DNA of 64,000 bases from an uncultured Phycisphaerales bacterium (GTDB lineage Bacteria; Planctomycetota; Phycisphaerae; SM23-33; FEN-1343): positions 41,002 through 105,001 of the forward strand of contig CAWAWB010000021.1 in assembly GCA_963785635.1 (NCBI GenBank), read 5' to 3'. Below the pieces are notes generated by a model. That model ran no database searches. It worked only from the letters and a program-made list of their open reading frames with translations, and was not told the DNA's origin. The position numbers and the translations under genes are program-made. This document shows positions 10,232 through 19,417 of this stretch, piece by piece (the first letter of the stretch is position 1; every line of letters starts with the position of its first letter).

Positions 10232-10951
10232 ATGCAAAACTTCATGCCAGGGTCGTTCAGTAAGCTGGTGGAGGCGGCGTTTCGCAACCTTCACATGGAT
10301 TGCTATTGCGCCGCCCCCGATGGCCGCGAGTTTTCCTCGCGCATGCTCACCTGGCACGATGGCCAGTTGCTGGCGGGCCTGCCCAGGGTGGCGGGAAAGC
10401 CGATTTCGCTGGCCAAGGGGCAGGAAATCATCTGCTCGTGCAAGCTGGGTCAGGAGGTATTGAGGTTCTCCGCCACGGTGGACGCGCAGAAGGAGGGCGA
10501 TCAGGCCCGGGGCGATAAGGAGAATTACCTGCTGCTGTCCGTGAAAACGGAGCCGCAGGTGGTTCAGCGCAGGCGCTATTATCGCGTGTCCATTTCCTCC
10601 AAGCAGCCCTCGCAGGTGACCTGCTGGGTCGTCAACGAGGACGGCCGCGACGGACAGGCCCAGTGCGAGGCCCTTCAAGGGGAAGTGATTGATTTGTCTT
10701 CGGGTGGCATCGGCATTCTGCTGAACGCGCCGGGACTGCTGGAGCAGACCGAGTCGAGCCAGCTTTGGGTTCGTTTCACGGTGCCGGGGGAGAATGAAAG
10801 CCTTATCTTCCGCGCCGCCATTCGTCATGCAAGTCCGACCGGGCCGGATCAGTGGAGGCTGGGCCTGGAGTTTCTGGAGTACGTGGAGCCCGGCCAGCAC
10901 CGCGAAGTGGTCGATCGGCTGGCGCGATTTGCCGCCAAGGAAATGGGTTGA
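10232..10951 (+). CDS. YcgR-like PilZ-domain c-di-GMP receptor
   Basis: QRRRYYRV (RxxxR) and DLSSGG (DxSxxG) motifs. Confidence 0.85.
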   Translation: MQNFMPGSFSKLVEAAFRNLHMDCYCAAPDGREFSSRMLTWHDGQLLAGLPRVAGKPISLAKGQEIICSCKLGQEVLRFSATVDAQKEGDQARGDKENYLLLSVKTEPQVVQRRRYYRVSISSKQPSQVTCWVVNEDGRDGQAQCEALQGEVIDLSSGGIGILLNAPGLLEQTESSQLWVRFTVPGENESLIFRAAIRHASPTGPDQWRLGLEFLEYVEPGQHREVVDRLARFAAKEMG

Positions 10952-10991
10952 TTATTGCGGTTATTCGGGGCCGTTTTTAGGAATTGTCATT

Positions 10992-11778
10992 ATGCCTATG
11001 CAGGAACCGGTCACTCCCCAGCAGGCCAAAGAGATCATTAAGCCGGCGGCATTGCGCCTTACGCCGGCCGCGCTCACATGCCGTCTTGATGAAACGTGGC
11101 AGGCGTATCGCAGCCGTTTCCTGGGCCTGCAACAGGAACAGCTCCTGCTGGAGTATGGGCAGGCGCAGGCGGGCCAGCCCAAGCCGCAGTTCGCCACGGC
11201 GCAGAAGCTAGGCGTGGCCTTCAAGTGGCATAATCGCAAGTACATCTTCTCCGCGACCATCTCGGACATTCGAGGCCTGGAACTGGCCAATGAGGGACGT
11301 GTCAAGGCGATGTTTGTTCAGTGGCCCCAGGAAGTTTTCCGCCTCCAGCGCAGGGCCTTTATACGCGTGAAGGTGCCTGCCAGCCAGTTCGTGCGCGCCC
11401 GGATGTGGGATGGCGGCCTTGTGGCCATGGAAAGAGGCCTGGATGACCATGAAGAGATTTATCTGGCCCACGTGCTGGATCTTTCCGCGGGCGGGTTCAG
11501 CGCGCATAATTTCACCCGAGCGCGTGCAATTTCGGACGGGCGCCGTAATGGGGGTAAACCTTCAATTGGAAGGCTCCAGCGAGGTGCTGGCGATGGACTG
11601 CCAGTTCCGGCATTGTGAGGAAGATAAACAGGGTGTTGTCATCGGCATGCAGATGATGGGCTTGACCGAGACGCCCGGCGGCCTGCGCCACACTGGAGCG
11701 CATCGCGGAGATTATGAAGAGTTTTGCCCGTGCGCCGCGGGAGCGCGTGGCCAGCTAGGCGGGCTGGTAGTCGTTTAG
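10992..11778 (+). CDS. Second YcgR-like PilZ-domain protein, frameshifted near the C-terminus (end approximate)
   Basis: QRRAFIRV and DLSAGG motifs; continuation CQFRH...GMQM in ORF 11410..11778. Confidence 0.75.
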
Positions 11779-11893
11779 CGATTTAGTCTGTTAGGCGCTG
11801 GCGCGCACGCACGTTCATCTCGCCTCTTCTCCGGCCGTTCCTAAATGACTAAAAAGCTAAAAGGCTAAATGCCTGTTCGGCTATCATGAGGAG

Positions 11894-12517
11894 ATGAATA
11901 CTCAAAAGAACAAAATCTCAGAGGCCACCGGCGTCGCCGGCGATCTGATCTTCGGCGCCTGGCCTACGGCCTGGGGCCCGATGGGCGGGGTCCGCGGCGC
12001 GGCGGGTCTGGTGCGAATCGAACTGCCGCATTACTCCAGCGATGACCTGAAGGCCCTGCTCCAGTGGGAGACGCCCGGCGCCCGGCTGGATAATTCCGCC
12101 TTCGCCGATGTGGCCCAGTTGTGCCAGGACTATTTCAACGGCAAGAACATCGACTTCTCGACGGTCAATTGCGACCTGTCATCCATTGGGCCCTTCGGCC
12201 GCAAAATCCTGGGCGCCTGCCGCCAGATCGCCTACGGGCAGACCCGCTCCTATACGCAACTGGCCATGATGAGCGGCGAAGGTGAAAACAAGGCCCGCGC
12301 GGCGGCTCAGGCGCTGGCGAAAAACCCCATCCCGCTGATCGTTCCCTGCCACCGCGTGCTGGCGGCGGGCGGGGGACTGGGCGGCTTCAGCGCGCCCGGC
12401 GGCGTGGATACTAAGAAGCGCACATGCTGGACCTGGAAAAGCGTACGGCATCCCAGTAGACGAATTCGAATCGGCCCTGCGGCGAGGCAAACGGGATACG
12501 AGCGCGCGTTGGACTAA
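11894..12517 (+). CDS. ogt: Methylated-DNA--protein-cysteine methyltransferase (C-terminus probably frameshifted)
   Basis: IAYGQTRSY, ARAAAQA, NPIPLIVPCHRV active-site motif. Confidence 0.9.
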   Translation: MNTQKNKISEATGVAGDLIFGAWPTAWGPMGGVRGAAGLVRIELPHYSSDDLKALLQWETPGARLDNSAFADVAQLCQDYFNGKNIDFSTVNCDLSSIGPFGRKILGACRQIAYGQTRSYTQLAMMSGEGENKARAAAQALAKNPIPLIVPCHRVLAAGGGLGGFSAPGGVDTKKRTCWTWKSVRHPSRRIRIGPAARQTGYERALD

Positions 12518-13083
12518 AAAACAGCCCGCAGGTTTCCCTTTGCCTGTATCGCCTGGAGCAGATGGGGCGAGGGATTCACCAGATATGCTCCGTGTGCCGC
12601 CAGCAATATGGGCAGATCGCTTGAGCTATCTCCCATGTACTCAAAGGGCGCATCATTCAGCAATCGCCGGATGGCGGTGAGCTTATTCGACCCTTTGAGA
12701 TTAGTTACCCCGTTGCAGGCAAGCACTGCATCAAAAATTCCCAGGTGCGCGGCCACAGCGTGTGCGATGCGCTGCTCCGCCGCCGTCGCCAGTATGAGCC
12801 GCCGGCCGGCAGTTTTCAGACTGGTAAGGTAGTCCAGCACCGCCGCGCGGTAGGGCAGGGTTTGTGGCTGGGGTACGAGGCAATCGGCCACGCGCTTCTT
12901 GAAATAGGCCCGCCCTCTCAGCGCCGCCGCGGCCAGGAGAGGCAAATGCCAGGGCTTGCGACGCAGGATCTGCCGCAACGAGATCACCAGCGAGTCCTCG
13001 GCGATGATCGTGCCATCCAGATCGACGCAGAGCGGCATCGATGAGGCCAATCCTTCCAGGGCGGTCTGGGTTTTCATCTGCAT
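12514..13083 (-). CDS. HAD-superfamily hydrolase (like the N-terminal domain of UbiA-HAD fusions)
   Basis: PLCVDLDGT, LATAA, NLKG, YMGDSSSD motifs. Confidence 0.85.
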   Translation of the reverse strand: MQMKTQTALEGLASSMPLCVDLDGTIIAEDSLVISLRQILRRKPWHLPLLAAAALRGRAYFKKRVADCLVPQPQTLPYRAAVLDYLTSLKTAGRRLILATAAEQRIAHAVAAHLGIFDAVLACNGVTNLKGSNKLTAIRRLLNDAPFEYMGDSSSDLPILLAAHGAYLVNPSPHLLQAIQAKGNLRAVF

Positions 13084-13194
13084 AATGGGAGGAGATTATA
13101 GGGGTCTCATCCGAAAAAGTTGGTTGAAATGTGAGTTACACCATCGTGAGCCCTATTACCACGAGAACCCAGAATTCTCTGGCAACTTCTCTAT

Positions 13195-13380
13195 ATTGCC
13201 TATCTTTACCAAATTAAGGCATTTTGGGCGATTTTGGATCCGAGTTAGCGGTCTAAGAACTCTTCGCACTAGACTGTAACATGCGAATAGAGAAGGCATT
13301 ACGTCGTGCAATTCTAGACCGCCAAGACCGCCAACTGGACATGCTTGAGGTCTTAAAGAGGCTTTGGCGGTCTTAAAACG
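13195..13380. repeat. Dispersed ~190-bp palindromic repeat, copy 1 (copy 2 at ~46378-46550)
   Basis: attaaggcattttg...gatttt, gcggtctaagaac, tagaccgccaa(g/c)accgccaactgga(c/g)atgcttg and ttggcggtctt occur in the same order in both copies. Confidence 0.8.
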
Positions 13381-13460
13381 CATGGTTTAGGTAAGCTCGC
13401 TCGTCAGATTTTTGTGATGAGAGTTATCGAGGATGGGGTGGGGTAGAATTCACAAGCACG

Positions 13461-13652
13461 AAAAACCGACGCCCCCGGCGCTGCCGCGAGGGCGGCACCG
13501 GGGGTCGTCAAGTGGGCCCTCCATCGCCGTCTTATTCAGGCCAGGTGCACACTGGCCGTTGTTTGCTCCTCGGTTAAGTTCGGTCCCATGCAGACAACTG
13601 GCTTGGTTCGATCCGCCGCGCCGGATAGGTTATGGGTTGCCGACGCGGCTAT
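13461..13652 (-). ncRNA. Candidate ~190-nt small RNA, 6S RNA-like
   Basis: Promoter upstream, 5' hairpin, internal GAACC...GGGACC...GUGUGCAC...UGAA...GGGCCCAC elements reminiscent of 6S RNA, terminal GC hairpin plus U-run; no credible ORF. Confidence 0.55.
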
Positions 13653-13658
13653 AGCTAG

Positions 13659-13687
13659 ATTGTGCTAGGAATAATTCCGAATGTCAA
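13659..13687 (-). promoter_or_regulatory. Sigma70-type promoter for the candidate sRNA
   Basis: TTGACA-17 bp-CACAAT on the minus strand. Confidence 0.6.
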
Positions 13688-13984
13688 TAGGCTGCTTCCG
13701 GTTCTTGCCTCCATATGTCTATTCAAGCAATTACACCGACAGGGGCTTAAGACAAGTGGTGCGCTGCCGCACACACACAACAGAGCTCAAAGCGGCGGCG
13801 CAAGTCCATACACAGACGAATACAAGCGAAAGTGCACCTTCTCTTGTTCACCCGTCGCCAAAGCTGCCGGGGCAGAGACTGATCTAAAAACTTTGGGCTG
13901 GACCGCAATCCGCCGCGTGCGCAGAAAACCAGTTTCACCTGCGCGGCGGGGAAGGTTAAATTGAGGGATTATGCGGAGCGTCGC

Positions 13985-14536
13985 GTGAGCTGGATTACGA
14001 TAATCGGTATTGCCGCGGGTTTGGCGATGGATGCCCTGGCGGTGTCGATTGCGGCGGGGCTTAAGGTCGGCTACGTAACCCGACGCCATATCTTCCGCGC
14101 GGGCTTCCACTTCGGGCTCTTCCAGTTCCTCATGCCCGTGATCGCGTACTGGATCGGCCGGCCCATTTCGGCCCATTTCTCTAGGTGGGATCGCTGGGTG
14201 GGTTTTATCCTGCTCACGGCGGTGGCGGCCAAGATGATCATCGAATCCCGCAAGGGCGAACCGGGGATCCGCGGGGCCGACCCGACGCGGGGCTGGTCGC
14301 TGGTTATCCTGTCCATCGCCACCAGCGTGGATGCGTTTGTCGTGGGCCTCACGCTGGCCGTGCAGCATATTTCGATCTGGCTGCCGGCGGTGGCCATCGG
14401 CATCATCACGGGCTGCCTGTCCGGCCTGGGCATTCATTTTGCCGGCAGACTGGGCGCCCGCTGGGAACACCGCGCCGAGTGGATCGGGGCAATCGTGCTC
14501 TTCCTGGTGGGGCTGAAGATCCTGATTATGGGGTAG
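13985..14536 (+). CDS. mntP: Manganese efflux pump MntP family
   Basis: GLAMDALAVS, FGLFQFLMP, ATSVDAFVVG duplicated motifs. Confidence 0.9.
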   Translation: MSWITIIGIAAGLAMDALAVSIAAGLKVGYVTRRHIFRAGFHFGLFQFLMPVIAYWIGRPISAHFSRWDRWVGFILLTAVAAKMIIESRKGEPGIRGADPTRGWSLVILSIATSVDAFVVGLTLAVQHISIWLPAVAIGIITGCLSGLGIHFAGRLGARWEHRAEWIGAIVLFLVGLKILIMG

Positions 14537-14593
14537 GAAAGCTTACCTAATACGATTTCGCAGTACGTTGTTTGGCGAAAAAATCTTTTTTTT

Positions 14594-14836
14594 CTATTTG
14601 CTGCCTGTGTTCCTAGAGGTCTTTATGTCTAAGTTACGCGCATTTGTTATATGGACATTGGAAGGGGCCTCGGGTGCCAAACCGTGACTCAAGGTCAAGG
14701 CTTTGTTCTGTGGAACCGGTGGAGGAGATGTTTGCATACTCAGGGGTGGAGGTGATGCAGGGGCCTTAACGGTAGTCTCCACTTTAGCCTGATTCGGCTG
14801 AGCTATTCTATTGTTGGATTGATTCTGGTTTGTCAT
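14594..14836 (-). CDS. Small Pro-rich peptide C (80 aa, MTNQNQS...TSPPPVPQN...APEAPSN...GSK)
   Basis: AGGAG RBS 7 nt upstream of the ATG; shares motif with neighbouring peptides. Confidence 0.65.
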   Translation of the reverse strand: MTNQNQSNNRIAQPNQAKVETTVKAPASPPPLSMQTSPPPVPQNKALTLSHGLAPEAPSNVHITNARNLDIKTSRNTGSK

Positions 14837-14849
14837 GTGTTTTCTCCTA

Positions 14850-14975
14850 TCACTTCTTGACGGTTCCTCCTCCGCCACCCCTGGTAGTCGTAGTATTTGG
14901 CGGTGCTGGCGGCGGGGCCGTCGGTTGTCCACTTGATGTGCCTCTTCCGGTTTGGTTGTTTGTTGAGCTAGCCAT
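14850..14975 (-). CDS. Small Pro-rich peptide B (41 aa, MASSTNNQTG...TAPPPAPPN...KK)
   Basis: ATG overlaps the 3' end of peptide A (ATGGCTAG); shared motif. Confidence 0.6.
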   Translation of the reverse strand: MASSTNNQTGRGTSSGQPTAPPPAPPNTTTTRGGGGGTVKK

Positions 14976-15111
14976 TCTTTTTTGCCTTCTTTGAGTCGTC
15001 CGCGCTGAAGGTTTTTGATGTATTCTTTGGAGCTGGCGGAGGCGCGGTCGTCTTGCCACCCGACTCTTTATTGCCGCCTTGTTGAGAAGATCCTGTCTGA
15101 TTTGTAGACAT
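14968..15111 (-). CDS. Small Pro-rich peptide A (47 aa, MSTNQTG...TAPPPAPKN...KKAKKNG), below the ORF-track cutoff
   Basis: Translated by hand; with IS630 removed its ATG lies 2 nt after the upstream gene's stop; shared motif. Confidence 0.6.
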   Translation of the reverse strand: MSTNQTGSSQQGGNKESGGKTTAPPPAPKNTSKTFSADDSKKAKKNG

Positions 15112-15116
15112 TCCTA

Positions 15117-16336
15117 GTACTCTGTAACAGCTAAATCACCGGGTATAGTTTCTTCAGTTTGATCCGGGCGTCGGCGGTGGTGAATCGCCAGTCGATGCCC
15201 TTCTTCTTTTCATTTCGTGAACGTTCCCACGGCGCGATGCTCGCCGCCAGTTGTTCGCGGCTTTCAAAGTAGTCATCCATGCACTGGCGGCTCAACACGC
15301 TCAACTCGATCTCGGCCATATTCAGCCAACTGCCATGCTTGGGCGTGTGGTGAATCTCCAGCTTCTCCGCCAAACGCCGAGCCTCAGCCGGTTCAAATGC
15401 CTCGTACAGGCTGGCGATGTTGTGCGTGTTGAGTTGGTCCATCACCAGCACGATCTTCTCGGCCTGGGCGTACAGCACATCGCACAGTTCCCGTATCACG
15501 TGGGCGAAGTCGATTCGCGTTCGCTGCTGACGCACACGCACGTGCCGCTTGCCCTTCAGCGGTTCGGACACCAGGAACACGCTGGCCGTGCCGCAACGGC
15601 GGTATTCCGGATCAACCCGCTTGATTCGGCCGGATCGACCGGGAATCGAGGGGCGCGTCTGGGCCACCAACTGCTTGCTGGCTTCATCCAAGCATACCAG
15701 GGGTCGCAACGAGTCGAACGGCCGGTGGTATACCTCCAGCACGTCTTCCATCGCCGCGACAAATTCGCCGTTTTGCTTGGGCGGAATACACCAGTACTTG
15801 CTCAGGTGAGGCTTAAGCTCATTTTTTTAAGCGTCCGCTGCACCGCCATGTGACTGCAAGACTCGACGTATCCTTGCGCCACCATCTGGTCAGCCAGCAG
15901 ACGCACGCCCCAGCGGCTGCGCCCCTCCGGCGGCTCCATGCGAGTCAGGGCAATCAAGTGCGCTTCGGCCTTGCCGTCGAGCTTGCGTACCCGATAGCTG
16001 CCACGGTTGCCGTGCTCCAAGGCCGCCTCCAGCCCTTGCTCCACCAGACGACGACGCAAGTTCTCAACCGTCGTGGGATGACAGTCAAAAGCCTCGGCAA
16101 TGTGAGCGTCTTTCCACCCCGGACCTTCGGGGCCTTGGTCAGCCTTGAGCAACATCTGAGCATGCCTGCGTTGATGCGGCTTGCCTTTATCCAGCAGTGT
16201 CTGGAGTTGGGAACGCTCTTCGGTTGTCAATTCGACGATGTACTTTTTCATGACGGCCTCCTTGCCGATCAAAAGGGTTCTATCAACCCATCGGCAAAAA
16301 GAACCGCTACCCAGAAGTCTCTCCGTTACGGAGTAC
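15117..16336 (-). mobile_element. IS630-family insertion sequence
   Basis: Ends (ta)gtactctgtaac / gttacggagtac(ta), 1 mismatch; TA duplication (15115-15116, 16337-16338) within a CTAG site. Confidence 0.92.
15131..16251 (-). CDS. IS630 transposase as orfA (HTH) + orfB (DDE), joined by a probable programmed frameshift at an A7 run (15822-15828)
   Basis: MKKYIVELT...PPEGRSRW; CLDEASKQL, MDQLNTH, TPKHGSWLNMAEIE. Confidence 0.9.
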
Positions 16337-16886
16337 TAGATTCCTTGCAACCTCAAGATAAGGTAAAACAATGCTTGCGAGGCGACAGCCAAAAGCGCAA
16401 CTGCAGCAGATTTTACAGACATCGAAAAATGTTGCCTTCGGGCCTCATTAATTCCCGCATTATTTTCTTGAGCTTCTGCTAGTAGAGGACAAATCTTTTC
16501 AATCATTCCATCATCGATGGTCTTTTCTGCTTCATGCGGCGGCATGCCGGCATTCAAACTAAGGCGCTGCTTGTACTCGTTTCTCCACTCGTGCCAGGTT
16601 TTCATGCCAGCGATCGTCGAATATTTTCGGCAAAAAATGCAAAGGATCAATCGATAGGCGCTCAGCGCAAAAAAGCAAATGTCGCGCCTGCTGCAATGTA
16701 GTAAATAAACAAGTCGACCCGCGTGAACAGCCTTGGGAGCAAATCTATTCTGGAAACGCTTATGGCAGCGCCGCAAAGAACCGGAAGGACAATCAATAAC
16801 ACCCCGGCCCGCTGGTAAATCTGGTCTGCGTGGTCAATTTCCAGTTTGTATTGGTCATAGCATAGATCGTAGAAATCCCGACTCAT
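16336..16886 (-). CDS. Hypothetical ~183-aa, ~3-TM membrane protein (single frameshift at the homopolymer near 16670)
   Basis: ORFs 16662..16886 and 16336..16776 join into N-helix, 2 TM, soluble loop with NNAGINEARR, then final TM; AT-richer than the flanks. Confidence 0.65.
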
Positions 16887-17341
16887 GCCATCCTCTTAGC
16901 TATTCTTTTACCCCAAGTCAATGCCTACGAATGAATTCTGCTACTATTTTTTTGGCTACTTCCCGACCTACCAAACTGAGGGTTGGCATCTTCAATATCT
17001 CTCGGCTCAACCTGGCAAACTTGGTAATTGGGCAATCTGGATAAGATAGCCACTGTTCGAAAAATCGCCAATCAGCAACGTTGGCGGTCTTTGGGCTGAT
17101 TTTTCTCTAAGTCCTTTATTTTCAAGGACTCCTTCAAAGGCCGCCGACATCGCCCCATTGGCGGCCTTTGTGACAGCCGTCTGGAAACATGGGCAAGATG
17201 GGTAATCTAGGTAAGATGCCATGCGGGTGCGGTCACATGTTGGCAATCTGGGCATTCTTGAGGAGCGGCGATAAAAAAAGCACGGGCCAGCGGCCCGTGC
17301 TTGGAATCGCAAATCGCAAATCAAAAAAATCGCAAATCCGG

Positions 17342-18271
17342 TCAGTGCATTTCCACCTCGACCGTGCCCACGGCCGGCCTGTAGAAGTTGAACTGCACGT
17401 TGGGGTGCAGGGCCAGCAGCGACATGGGGCAGGAGCTGTCGGGAAGCTTCTTGCCGATCATCATCGTGGTCAGCCGCATGCCGAAGGGGTTGTCGTGCGT
17501 GCCGGCCTGCCAGATGGACACCTTCTCGGCCTTCCAGGTTTGTAGCGGCCCGACGGAAATCGCCTGCGTGGGCACGAGATCCAATTGGCCGCCGCCGGAG
17601 GTGCGGGCGTTCTGCATCACGGTTACGGGGTGGAGATCCACGACGCGGGTTGAGAGTGCCAAGAATTCCTGCGGCGTGGGCGGGTTATCCTTGTACTTGC
17701 CTTGGCGCTTGGCAGGATCGTTGAAGGCCCAGTGCTTGATGTCACCTTGTCCGCCCTGCATGCAGGCGCAGCGCACGCCTTCCCAGCTTTTCACATACTG
17801 GGTGGCATCGGCCTTGGGGAAGTGCAGGTTCTTATCGGGCATGACCAGCTCTTTGCGGATGCGATTGAAGCACATCTCGCGATCCGCGCGGGCAAAAGAG
17901 AGCGGGTGCGATTCGGGCATCTCCTTGCCGTCGATATACCACTCATCCATGCCCCAGAAGTGGGCGGTCTGGAGCTTGAGGTCGAGGGCATTGACCAGCC
18001 GCGCGACGAGGGGGAGCTGCTCGGTGGGGCCGATGGGGCCGCAGATGCCCACGGGGTTATCCGCGGTGGATTGCCGCCAGGCCTCGATGTATTCCAGCGC
18101 CTCGGCCAGGTAGAAATCCTCCAGCGTGTCGTACATGACGACCTTAAAGCCCGCGCGGCTGAGCTGTTCCATATCCTTCACGGTCAGCTTGGCTGCATCG
18201 TGGAGAATGTCTTTGTCCAGCGTCGTGTAGTCCCACCAGTCCGGCGCGATCTTGCTTAAGGGGCGTGCCAT
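17342..18271 (-). CDS. Glucosamine-6-phosphate isomerase/deaminase-like protein (NagB-like)
   Basis: [37 protein letters not shown]. Confidence 0.75.
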   Translation of the reverse strand: MARPLSKIAPDWWDYTTLDKDILHDAAKLTVKDMEQLSRAGFKVVMYDTLEDFYLAEALEYIEAWRQSTADNPVGICGPIGPTEQLPLVARLVNALDLKLQTAHFWGMDEWYIDGKEMPESHPLSFARADREMCFNRIRKELVMPDKNLHFPKADATQYVKSWEGVRCACMQGGQGDIKHWAFNDPAKRQGKYKDNPPTPQEFLALSTRVVDLHPVTVMQNARTSGGGQLDLVPTQAISVGPLQTWKAEKVSIWQAGTHDNPFGMRLTTMMIGKKLPDSSCPMSLLALHPNVQFNFYRPAVGTVEVEMH

Positions 18272-18319
18272 CTATTCGGTCTCCTGTTCTGTTTATGAAG
18301 CGTCTTTCAGCTTTAAAAC

Positions 18320-18440
18320 CCTAAATCCTAAGCACGAAATCCTAAACAAATCCAAAATCCGAAGCACGAAACGAAGATCTACGTGTTTTTTGTTCCCATT
18401 CGAATTTCTGTCTGATTGTTTAGGATTTCGGATTTAGTGC
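18320..18440. repeat. Inverted AAATCC(T/G)AAGCACG-type array
   Basis: aaatcctaagcacgaaatcctaaacaaatcc ... gtttaggatttcggatttagtgcttagg. Confidence 0.7.
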
Positions 18441-19227
18441 TTAGGTTTTCTTAGCAGCGCGAGCTTCGACAACGAAGGGTCTTAACGCTTGGCACAAAGG
18501 ATCAAAATCTTCCGGTCCGAAGCCCAGGTGCGAGTGGTGCTGCCAGCCCTCGGCGTACTTGAACTTGCCGGACTTTTTGCCGATGTAGGCGGCCATGTCC
18601 ACCATGGCCGTCAGATAGCTGTCGAAACCCTGGCTGTCATCCAGCCACTGCTTCTGGCTCTTGTGGCAGGCCAGCGACTGGCGTTTCGTCTCGATGACCG
18701 ACTCGATGTTCACGTAAAAGTGCGCGTGCGACTTCCTGCCGCAGCGGATCCTTCAGCCCCCAGGGCAGCGCGTGGTATACAGCCACGTCGTTGGTCACGA
18801 TAGCTGTTGGCGGATCGGTCGGGAAGTTGGGCATGCCGCGGGCGAAGGCGCCGGTCACCCCCAGGCGCATGCTGTTGGTGTGATCTTCCATGTAGTCAAA
18901 GGGCGACTGAACCAGGACGATCTCTGGGGCGGCCTGGCGAATCACGGCCGCCATACGCGCCACCAGCTCGCGCGTGTAATACACATCCATGTCGTCGGCG
19001 ATGGGCTCGTGGAACATGGCGCCCAGCGTGGCCGCAGCCGCGCGGGCCTCGCCGTCGCGCACGCGCTTAGTGGTTTCCCGGTCCATGGTCATGGAGCCGC
19101 AGCAACCGTTGCAGACATCCATGTAATGGGTTTCGTAGCCCGCCTGCTTCAAGAGAAGCAGCGTTCCTGCCATCATCAAATCGATGTCGTCGGGATGCGC
19201 GACGATGGCGATTGCGGATTTGGCCAT
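18441..19227 (-). CDS. PIG-L/LmbE-family deacetylase, frameshifted near 18730
   Basis: AHPDD, DYMEDH, K...LACHKSQ, YAEG motifs across two frames. Confidence 0.85.
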
Positions 19228-19417
19228 TTCTGAATTACTCCGTTTAAAAAAAACAAAACCAACCACAAAGAATCACAAAGAAGCACAAAGGGCACAAAGG
19301 AAGAAGAGGCCAAAGCTCTTATTCAAGGCATCCAAGGTCTTTTCTTTTCAATCTTTTTTGTTCTCTTTGTGTCCTTCGTGATCTTCGTGGTCTTTGTGGT
19401 TGCCTTTTCTTATCCGC

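Noticed and set aside
13700-13985. yybP-ykoY Mn riboswitch before mntP
   Set aside because: Expected from context, but I could not identify the motif by eye; a covariance search is needed.
14594-15111. Assignment of the peptides to a known RiPP class
   Set aside because: No Cys pattern, recognisable leader motif, maturase or transporter nearby; left as an open hypothesis.
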